DNA of 64,000 nt, taken from the NCBI RefSeq assembly GCF_037042905.1, contig NC_087251.1, positions 16,184,001 to 16,248,000 on the forward strand, in the 5' to 3' direction. Source of the DNA: Lytechinus pictus (Eukaryota). Of the stretch, positions 49,901-61,900 are shown in pieces. The translations under genes and the position numbers were made by a program. How positions within the stretch are numbered: the stretch's first letter is position 1; every line of letters begins with the position of its first letter. Below the pieces are notes generated by a model. That model was given only the letters and a program-made list of their open reading frames with translations. It was not told the origin of the DNA and did no database searches.

Positions 49901-52900
49901 TAATGCTGAATCAGTGGATTCCATCACATTTACTCCAGAGCAGAAAACCTGTTGCATAAAAGATATTATTATGGCAACTTTGCTATTTAATGGTAACTGC
50001 CATGGAATCATTGATATCCAATATCTGTTTAACATTGTTACCATGGTAGTTACCTAATGGATTGTTAAGTTACCACAATAGAAACTTTCATGAAATGGGG
50101 GGGGGGGGGCAGATTAAGCTAAACACAGAACCCTACCTCACACTCAACATCAGCCATAATCTTTCCCCGAGTACAATTCTGAATAGAACCCTATACAACC
50201 ATATGCCTAATCCCTCTCCAGAGAAAGAATAGAACAATTTTCATAGGAGCAAATGTGGGGTTGCTGAATTATGATATAACATGCAATATAATGGATACAT
50301 GCAATAGTTCATGGCTATGAAATATTTTATATTTTAGAACATCAATACCCAATGACATGGACTTAAAGTGCTGCAGCTAATTCTCAGAAGCACAATGTGT
50401 CAGAAAAGGATATTGGCATGCTGGTTTGTTTCAAAACAAATTTCTATGCCGTCTTCCAAAAAATTCCAGTGATTGAAAATCAATGTCACATTGAGATTGA
50501 TTGAACTCTGATCAGAAAGTGCAAGTAAACAAGAGAGATCAGTCTCAAGATGAGATGAGATGGATATGAATCATAGCAATCAAAAACAAGAATAGCCTCT
50601 AGGAACTGTTGCATGAAGACTTGCGTTTAAATGCAACTCAAAGAATCAAAGGCAAGTCTTAAATGCATGCTTCCGATTTGTTACATATCAAGTTGTGCAT
50701 TACTTTTTAAGTTGAGTTGTGATTGATTTTAACTTTTTATCAATGGTCTTACCTGATCATCCTCTGAGCAGCACTGGTATCCAATCCATCCCTGTATCCA
50801 CTATTCCTCTGGAATCCCAGCTGAGGTCTGTATCCATCCCTTCCACCACCACCACCACGACCACCATAGCCCAGGCCTCCTCTACCACCGTAACCCCGTC
50901 CACCGCCACGCCCACCTCGGTACCCGTTGGCATTCATGAAATCCTCGGGCTTCAGCACCTTGTCTGGCACCCTGTGAAGTTATTCAAAAACATATAGCAT
51001 GGTAAACTCAAATGCTATGCTACGATTTACATGTAAATGTATTCCAAACTAAAGAATTTTAATCGTCATTATTCTCAAATACTGGTTCTTATTGTCTTCA
51101 TTTGGTATTCATGACGATGATAACTAAATAATAATTCATACTTCTCAAATAGGTAAACGACTTAGCTCCAGTTTAGCTCCATGTCTTGTCCTGTATAACA
51201 TTAACCCGCATGTCAATTTCTATTTTCCATACATAAAAAAATTGTAAAGTTGATGAATGACAAATAATAAAACACATTATTTCACTCATTGAGCCAATAC
51301 ATAGAATAAACATCATAAAATAAACATATTATAAAATAATTCATTCTAAGCTGGTTGGCAAATACAAATAATCAAATATAAAATGAGCATCATTTGAAAC
51401 TTCAAAGTACTACAATAAACACAATTCAAAGATAAATTTCAAATTCCTCACACATTACATGAATGTCAACTTAACTTTGAAATAAAATGAGAATAAATAT
51501 ATAGAGCATTTAAAAATGCAAATCTGTATGAAGTTACTCACTTGGCTCCGGGTAACCTCTTAGCCTCAAATATGAAACCTTGTGGGTAGGTAGGGTCACG
51601 GAATGTCACTCTGGTGAAGAAAAAGTGAGATTTTATTGAGCTATAACAGTGACAGTATCAAACAGCACAGAGAGAGAAGTATTAACTTTATTAGCCCACA
51701 TATATTTAGAAGTAGCACATTTGTACAGGCTCAGTCAGCAAAACCAGGTACTGAATTTCGTGTGCATTATGAAGCTTCTTGAAACATATATAATCACTAG
51801 ATTAGCCTTTTCTAAGGGAAATCTATGAAACTATTTTAATTTAGAATTTAGATATTTTACAGCATGTTTTGCATATAAAAATTACCTGACAAAATAAATA
51901 ATCAAGAAGAATATCTAAGTTTGGAATGACTGTTGATTCAGTGCATCATATTTCTTTATATAGTCTGAAGTGTCATGAGCATCATATCTGGTGCTCTTGA
52001 AAAGTTAACAATTATCATTTCCTTCCTTTTTTAAATTTCAAAATACTGTTATGATACATACCCTAAAACATAGCTCTCTGGAATGTCTCTCAGTTGAGGA
52101 ACAGGTGACCGATGAAGTCTGCCAAAGGTGAAATTCAATTAGAAAAGGGATGAAAGAGGAAAAGAGGAGACAGAGGAAAGGAAAATTTCCAAGAGAAAAT
52201 ATTATACAGATATTGCCTACCTAGAGTTTGAATATAACATTTCCTCTCCCCGACGGAGTTATATTTTTCCCAAGGGATTATATTTTGCCCGAAGCGCGCA
52301 GCGCTGAGGGAAAATATTATCCCGAGGGAAAAATATAGCTTCGGAGGGGAGTTGAAATGTTATTTATTAAAACGATAGACCAGGCAATATCTGTTATATT
52401 ATATAGTCTATGTGGATTCGCCATCAGAAATTGCATTCATCATCTGGCTCAAACCCGAAATTCTTGCTACAGCTCTGATCCATCTACGTCATAATAGATT
52501 TTGTTTTAAATACATCAAGCGCGTTCTTCATGCAATCGACGCGTTAACATTAGCGCGTACATTAAATAAACTACCTTGTTACGCAACTTGTATGCAGCGA
52601 GTGACGTCACCTTAGTGAATATAACGCCGCAATTGAAAATACAACGCAGTATATTCCCTGAGGTGACGTCAAAACCTAGAATATAACAAATGCGATCCTC
52701 GCAGCTATGGTCACGTGATGGCGTATTGACCTATCACTGATTCGAATCTACATAACCTATGTAATATAATCAATTATTTGCATGCATTATGAGATATTGT
52801 TCTTATCTTGTACTTTTATTAAGTATTAGCATTTGTTTTTAAGGATGAATGAAGGTTTTACAAATATCCAAAGACTATAGTGTTAGGATTTTATTCAACT

Positions 52901-55900
52901 TCGATTTTGTGATGTCATATATGTTTTGACATATAACTTTTTATATTTAATGGTTCATGGTGACTATATTTATTTTTCTCATAGAAATATTCAAGAAATA
53001 ATGCGTCAAATTATATTGTGAATGCACAAAAGATCAAATTTCAACTTTCTAAGAAAATGACATTTTATGGTATTTACATCACAAGCATATGGGAGTGCTT
53101 GCCGCATTTGACATCACCAAAAGATATCTAAAAAATCTTTACTCTGTTACTCTTTGATGGATTTCAACTCATCTCTCATCTAAATGTTGCTATCATTTTC
53201 TGCTTTAACAAAAAAATACATAATGTCAGGGTGAACATCTGTTAAGTTTTTTAGATACAAGGCTCTATCGTCCACCGGGCCCTGCTTTAGAAATATGATA
53301 GACTGAAATCAAAATCAAATTGTGACTGAGAACTTGAAATCAATAGAAATTTGATTTTTGCAACTCTTTGTAAGACAGTGCTCAGCACTGCCAGCGGCAA
53401 TGCATACTCTGATACCATACAATAAAACAAAGAGAAGTAAATGATTCTACTCACTTTCCAGGCATTGTTACAAATTCATCCTTTCCAATCTTTCCTCTCA
53501 CACCGTTGGCAAGTGAAGGGCAAATATCAGTGTCTGGTTCAGCCTGCATGGAAAGAAAACAAAATTCAACTGCTGCTGGATTTCTAAATGATCTTTCAGA
53601 TATGTGACAAAATCAAGTAAAAACCAGGAGTAACAAGGAGTGAGACTAATATGTAATTTAGGGCTCTTCACATGATCTTTTCCCCTATTCATCTTAGTAT
53701 TAATTCATTGCCAATCTTGAATAAACAGATGCAAAATTGAACTGAATATACATTCATTATCCATAATCAGTTGAATATATTTTTCATTTAATTTTGATAA
53801 CTTACTACACTGCCCTGACTTGATTTCTAATGTTTGATAATCATAATGAAATGAAATATAAGAAGAACGTTGTTCAAAAACAACATCAAGCCCTGATCGA
53901 AAAGTTATATGAATCTAATTCTAAGAACCCACAATTTCACAAAAACATAAATTAAAGTTTTCTAGTTGGTGAGATGAGAGAAGGGCACTACCAGAACACA
54001 TTTGATAATGGTTAATAACCTTCTGTTTCTTAGCAAAGGAGATGTTCCCTTGTGTATCTTACCTCTTTAAGACTATCTGTTTCATACAGCTCCCTGATGA
54101 AGTTATAGAGTGGGTGATGCTGACCCACAAACAAACGATCAGGACCATTGCTGTTTCTCTTCCCTGTAATCACACACAAAAAATGATCATCATATTCATC
54201 AATAATCCTAATATCCACACTTCTTGGTTTACTTCTGCCTCTTTCTTCAATTATCGTTATCATTATTTTCTATATATGATTTAAATCAGAACACATATAG
54301 AACGTATATACCCAAACCAACATCAGACATTAAAATCCACCACTAGCTCCATCATCACAATCATCTACACAACTATCACCACCATCGCCAACCACCACCA
54401 CCACAAATACTATCACTACCAGCACCAATCCCCCCACCACTTCCACCACCATCATCTTCACCATCGTCATCTTCATCATCTTCGTTATCCCTACTATCAC
54501 CATCACTTTCACAACAACCATCATTTTTATCATCTTCATTATCATATTCATTACAATTACAACCATCATTACAATCAAATCCTACTCCTCTATATCAATA
54601 TACTTACTCTCTATTGGTGCGAGGTTGGGATATACCTCTGCAAGGGTCGTAAGGAGTCGATGCTCATCTACAAATGGCAGGAGTGCTACACCTACAAATG
54701 AAATTAGAAGAAAATATTGGTATTCACATACATTCACAAAAGCTTATGACATATTATAAGTTGGAACTTATCACTGCACCCTTTAGCAAACAAAAGGTTT
54801 CATTGCAAATAATATACATAAATATGCAAACCCACTACTCTATCTTAAAGTATTTAGTCTCAGAACATACATGTATCATATTCTAAATCTAATATAATTA
54901 TTTGCTTAAATGAGGTATAATTCAACCAAAGTAAATTTCTACTTGATTAACTTTATTAAAGATCTATTTTAGAGAAGGATACTTATCTAGGAGAAAAACC
55001 GCTGCTAAATATTTCTTTGGTTAAGTTTCTAGTCTGGTGGTGTACATCAAATTTCAACCAGATAAAGTCTGGATATGCACCCATTGAGAATGGAGTGGAA
55101 ATATAGTCTCTTTGCTAATCCTAACACTGTTTAAGTACATGTCCTACCTTGCCATGCATATTTCTTCCCATTGAGATCAATCTGGAAATCATCTGGATAG
55201 AAGTCAATGATTGGTGAGTCCTAAGATTAAAAGAAGAAAATGGTTTGAATTATTGTAAGATGATTAATACTGAACTTTATCTGAACTTCTTTAGGATATC
55301 AAACAAAATAATATTTGTACATTTCATTAGTCACATGATAATATTCAGCTCAGAGACATACACTGAACACAAAGAAATAAGGTTATAACATGTCTAGGCA
55401 TATAAAAATAAATAATTTATGAATAACTATTGTTAAGTATCTAAAATCATATAAAACAATAACTTAGATGGAAAATACACTTCATATCATTCAAAATTAA
55501 ATAATTATGAAAGTTATCAGAAAATTGTCACACTTTGTAAAAATTAAGTGCTCACAGGTTGGCAGGTCATGATCTAATTTTCAAATTGTGCATACAAAAA
55601 TGTCAAGAAAAGAATTATGATACATGTGTATTTCTATTAAACTTACAATGTCCATCATTTTTCTCCTCCATGATTCTGGTAGGAAGTTACCACTGGCTGC
55701 AGGGAACACACTCATCAGCTGCTCTAATGGCTTGAACTGGTTAAACAAAACATAATATGATGGGTCAAAGGTCATGTTGGTTTTTTCATGGGATAGCAGG
55801 CTAGTTTAGGATACTATTTGCGTTGTGCTGGTGTTTATTTTAATTTGATTTTTATGAAATAACTTTAAATGTACATTTTCTTCATCAATGCCACCAGATG

Positions 55901-58900
55901 AAGGATTCTGTTAGCCACCATATTTTTATATACCTCTGAGATGTTGATTGGCCCAACTCCCAAATAATAAATGTAGTCACAAATTTAAATGATAACTCAA
56001 CACAAACTGAACATACTTGAAGCTTAATTATTGTTCTATGTTACCTTAACCTAGTGGTATTCTTGATAAGCAAATACTTTTGCATCTGATTACATGTTTG
56101 GTGGAGAAATATTGAATTAAGACTTTCTTTGAACGATAGATTTTTGGCGTACATATATTCATGTAAACTTTTCTAACCAATTCGAACATGGGCAGAAATA
56201 GTAATTTACAGAATCAGAAAACATTACAAAGTTGGATGTGCAAAATAACTATTTGCCCGCCATATATAACCCCCCCCCCCCCCCGGGCCCAACATTAATT
56301 AGTAGGGTGCCACCTTACAAGGGTTCTGCCTGTACTATCCTCATTCAACCCACAACTTTTGATTGATGAATTTCTATATAAAAAATGTGTAGCATTATTG
56401 TACAGAAAATAATAATCCTGCCGATAAGATTTTGAGATTTCAACTATAACTCTTGTAACAAATTTCTTATTTAGAAGGTTTCTTATATTTTCTTATATCT
56501 AATACTTTATAATGAAGGTTCATGTTCTAAGATAGTTCCTTCAAAAGATGAATTTATAAGCTTTCGTCACATACCAAATTCACGTCTTGAAGGTATCAAT
56601 TAGCCTAGCAATTTAGGACTGACACAAGGGTTTAGATAAATAGGAAGTTGACAATGAAGTGAGCCCCGATTGAAATTTACCCTGGGGACTTCTGACTTCC
56701 CATCTATTCATACCTGACCCAGGGTAGTTCTAGATAGACTTCCTGTCTATTCACTTCATAGTATCCTGAGTAAATCTGAATAGACTTCCCATCTATTCAT
56801 ACATAACCCAGGGTAATTCTCAATAGACTTCCCTTCTATTTATAGTAAATTGGGTACTTCTGAGTAGACTTCTTGTCTATTCATACTTGTATGCCCTTAT
56901 TGTTATAGGGAATCACTTTGTATCATTCTTTTATTACATGCAAACTCTACTAGAATTAAAAAGAATGAATGAAAGAACTAATTGATTTTCTTCACTAATA
57001 GGCAGAGTCATGAACATAATGTACGCTTGTAAATGTACTAAGTAATGAATTGTTGAAAAGCTGGTGTAAAATGAAATTAATATAAAATATTTCTGACAAC
57101 AAAAATTATGTAATTATACTGTGGTCTACTCCTAGTAGAGTAGAACATTTGTGAAAGAAGCTTGAATATCTTAATTTTTCTCAAAATATCTCAATGTAAA
57201 CATTGTTAGCAAAGATGTGTAATAGACGCTGGATGTGCGTACACTGCGATGCATGCGTAGTCATGTGTGTAAGTACAATAAAATTTAAATGAGTTCTGTA
57301 AGCATTGTGAATAAAATGTGAATTAAGTCAAGTAGGTAGCCCACTTTTTACTCTGCGAGTAGAACGAAGCAGGCAAAGAGTTAACAAAATTATATACATT
57401 GTGAAAATTCAGATCATACAGTATCCAACAATGAGAATCTTCAAAATGTCAAATTAAATTCCCAAAGAATACTCACAGGTTTTGTTCCTTTCTCAAAGTC
57501 ATTAGGAAGGCTGCCGATGTCGAGGAAATCTGAAGCAAAGGGAGCATAATGGTAAGGAAAATACCACTTCCATGATGCACATCCTTGATAGTAATACCTC
57601 AGTACCCAGCACAGACCTTCAACATAGCATCGCACCTGATGGATTTAAGATGGGTAGATTAAACAACATTAAATATACAATTATTTGTTCTCCATAGATA
57701 AATAAGTCACTTTTACATTAATCTTTTATGATGACAATGGGAGCATGTGTTCAATTGAATTTTTACAGACAATTCAGTTCAGATATGATGATTCACAAAG
57801 AATATATAACAGAATTATTATAAAAATTATTGAAATACATTAAAGCTATCAGGCAGTAAACATTGCTTGTGAAAGTATAGTCATGTACATGTAATTCTCT
57901 CTTTGACATAAACAATTAATTTATCTAAATTGAACAGGACTTTCAATTGGACCACTATACATGCTCTGACATGCAAGGAAATTGTGACCAAATACTTGCT
58001 ATTGTGGCACTTGTTTATAGAAGACACAGAGTTTGGTTAGGAATGTGAAGTTTTGGTTCAGAATAATGTGAGGATTGCAATTGGGATTACACATCAGTGA
58101 TAGGTAGGAGGTAATGTTTTAAAATACAATTTTAGTCGCTAATGTCATGGAACCTTTATGATAATAATGGATATCATCAACTACTTACAACTTTTGCACG
58201 GAAATCATGGTCAGATGAGGGAACATCAAACTTGTTTTGATAGTAACGCTCCTTCCAGCCATCTTCCCATAACCTGTAAACAAGAACAGCACAATTCATT
58301 GTTTCAAAAGTATACAATGAAAAGAATCTCATTAAAATGATCACTGTTTTGATTTGGTTACTATGTAAAAATTTGAGCTGCATGACTCTACATTCTGTAA
58401 AGAGCATTTGCATAATCTAAACATTTATATCCCTGAAAAACCATTGTCATGTGAATTTGACTAAAACTGAAAAAAAAAAAATCAAATAGTTTCATGAATG
58501 ATACTATTCATTCAAAGATATCTTGATGATAACAACTTTTATTAAAAATTTTTTTTAGGCATCTGCCTGGCTCTTCATATCTATTTGAATAAATTTTCCA
58601 AATTATCAGTTTCCAATTATTCTTCAAGTGATTCACTCTTAATAAGTCACACCCTTTTAATCATTACAATGTATGGATGATAGATTTATCATTTCCGTGA
58701 TGAGGATGAATTTTCTCAGTAGAATGATAAACTATGGTTTATTCTCTTTTTTCCTCCTCACTCCTCCTATCTACCAACCTGACAGTATCATCCTTGTCTT
58801 CATCTTCTTCCTCGGCCTCATCACGACTTCTCTTTGTTCCTCTCTCCTCACCCCCTTTAAACGAAGCTCTTAATGCATCAGCTGCATTCTGAGAACAGAA

Positions 58901-61900
58901 CATAATAATAATAAAACCCCAGGATTTACATTACCTTCCAAAACTAGTAAACTTAACTTATTTTGTATAAAATCTAGATTAAAGAGTGAACTCATACTTC
59001 GTTGATCATTCTGCCATCTATATATTGGAAGCATCAATGCAAATTTGCTCAAGTTACAAGCTCAGTCAAAAAATTTCAGCAAGAAATGATTGAGTGAGAA
59101 ATTCTTTACAATTAAGGTCAATTATTGCATTGTAGATGATCAATGTTTTAGTTAGTTGTATGTATGCAACCTTGTGAAATAATGAAATCTAAGCTGAAAA
59201 GCAAGCACACTGAAGATTGCCAGCACAGATAAGCACATTTGAAAATGTGTATCATCACTTCTTGGAAAAAGACCCGTCATCCACAAGAATGCCATTTTGC
59301 GAATTTCCCCAGTAATTACAAATTTTAGTACATTTAGTAGATCTTTAAAAAAAAAAGCTGGAATTTACATTTGATATATGATTATACAAAATACTTTTAT
59401 GGCCACACCAGTAAAATGGATACAATTGTGTAATAAATCTTTAAAAAGAAAATTTTCATACATTTTACAACTACGACGTACATGTGCACTTTCCTCACTT
59501 TTGTTAGATAGAGACCATGTGTTATTGTACCCTTATTTCGAAATATATCTTAATAAATAACTGACTACTTGGCTCATAAAGCTCTTCCCATAACTGTCTA
59601 ACCTAAGTGATTGCTATTATGATTGAATAAACATCTGAATCAGTGATTTTTTATTTTAATTTCTTGACAAACTAACTATCTGCCTTCATCAAGACTTACT
59701 AGGATTATGAATAACCAAATCAAATATTAGTGGAACCACATACCCTGTTAGCACTATCCCTTGATGTCATCCTGGCATCTCTACGCTGCTCCATGATCTG
59801 CTTAGCTGAGCTTGATGACGGTCCACCAGTAATGGGCTTTAAGGAAGCAAGATTTGGATTTGAGAGCAAATAATACTAATAATTGTACATTTATATTGCG
59901 CAATTTTTATACATATATACTCAACTGCCCATTACAATAATGCTATTATTATTATTACCCCGGCTATAGCCGTGCTGCCTACAAGCACTCTGGCACTCAA
60001 GGAATATCTTTCTACCAGGTACCTATTCACCAAATTCACGTATCTATTGCGAAGGTAATCTGACAAACATCAAACATTTTTTTTATCCACTTGAATTTTC
60101 AACATTATTCAACCAAGGTTCTTGGGGTTTATTGTTGATGTTGGCTCAAATAATGCATATCTAGTTAATTAATTATCGATTCCCACAATATGCTATCAAA
60201 TTAAAAATGGTATAGTTATTCTATATTACTGTAAAAAGTGGAAATTTTCACAGATTTCGCAGCAAGATCGGCGAGTGCGAATTTAAAAACACACAAATTT
60301 ATGAACATCTTTTTGGCAAAGAGGCTGCATAATTTGACCTATAGAGGGGGACATTTAAGAAAGCAAGCTTGAGCTCCAAAATCATTATGCATCGCGAGAA
60401 TTTGTTCCAATGCGATCATTTTTTTTAAAAGGACAAGTCCACCCCAACAAAAGGTTGATTTGAAAAAAGGAGAAAAATCCAACAAGCAAAATACTGAAAA
60501 TTTCATCAAAATCGGATGTAAAATAAGAAAGTTATGAAATTTTAAACTTTCGCTTAATTTCACAAAACAGTTACATGCACATCCTGGTCGGTATGCAAAT
60601 TGGCAGAATGATGACGTCACCCACTCACTATTTCTTTTGTATTTTATTATATGAAATATGAAATATTCTAATTTTCTCCTCCTTGCCAAGTGAAACAAAG
60701 TTTTATTTCTCCCTGACCATGTGGAATTACCATTATTTTAACAGTTTATGGTTAATTTAAGCTGGTCCTTATTGTCAAATCTGTAAAAATTGAAATATTG
60801 TATTATTCAAACAATAAAAAACAAAAGAAATAGTGAGTGATGGACATCATCGACTCTCTCATTTGCATATCGCTGAGTTGCGCATTTAACTGTTTTGTGA
60901 AAAATAAGCGAAACTTAAAAATGTCATAACTTTCTTATTTTACATCCGATTTCGATTAAATTTGCAGCGTTATGTTTGTTTGATTTTTCTCTATCGATTC
61001 ATATCAACAATTTCCTGAAGTGGACTTGACCTTTAACAGTCGCAGATCGGTATTTAAATTATGATTTTGCTTGAAATATTATTTGCTTTTGCTGTTTGAT
61101 TGGGGAGTGTTTAGATGATCTGTTTAATTTTACGAAGACGTCTTGTCGATCGCCCAGGTTTGTTGATTGATCCCATGCACTTTGAATAGCCGTTATCCCC
61201 CCCCCTGTCCTTACCCCATGCTCGGCCGTCCATACCAGGCCAGCAGCGCCTCCATTTTGCCTTCCCCGATGTCCGCCCCGCAAATCATGATTGGATCAAA
61301 ACAATGCTGAATTACGCCGCTTTAGAGCTAGAATTATGATCAGAAAATACAATTTTGTTGCTGAAATGTTAATTAAAACCATTCACAGATGGGGAAGAAG
61401 GAAGTGACTTTGCCTAACTTGCAGACAGGACAAGATTGTTTTGAACTTCTGGGTCCCACAAATATAAAGCATAGTAAGTGATTGTACAATTTGTTTTCAT
61501 GCTAGATTGTACATTGTGGTCTATGCAATTATTTGTGAAAATTTGTTCTATAATCAGCTGCTATGTTTTGTGTTAAGAGGCTCAATGCATATATTGCCTT
61601 GTTTGCAGGATTCTTGACTATGCACTACCATAAAGAGAGTAGATGAAAGGATTACTTACTGTGGGAGCCAATACACCTGCTGGTATGAAAGCTGGTGCAG
61701 TATTCTGAAAAACAAAAATTGGCAGAATATTAACATAAAGCTACAAAATTAAACAAAAGACAGCACAAAACATTGATTTACATATAGAACCCACTAACAA
61801 AATTATCATAAAGATTTGAAGATGCATATAGGATAAGTACAAATTATTTTCTATTCAATTCAATGTAAAAAAAAGTAAAAATTAGCCAAAAAACTTCATA

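Noticed and set aside
54330..54578. 82-aa Met/Val-rich ORF
   Set aside because: Trinucleotide microsatellite artefact
61040..61320. Promoter-like GC-rich patch (GC box, CCAAT, YY1-like)
   Set aside because: Directly flanks a transposon insertion and is probably a remnant of an older repeat; no associated exon or ORF support
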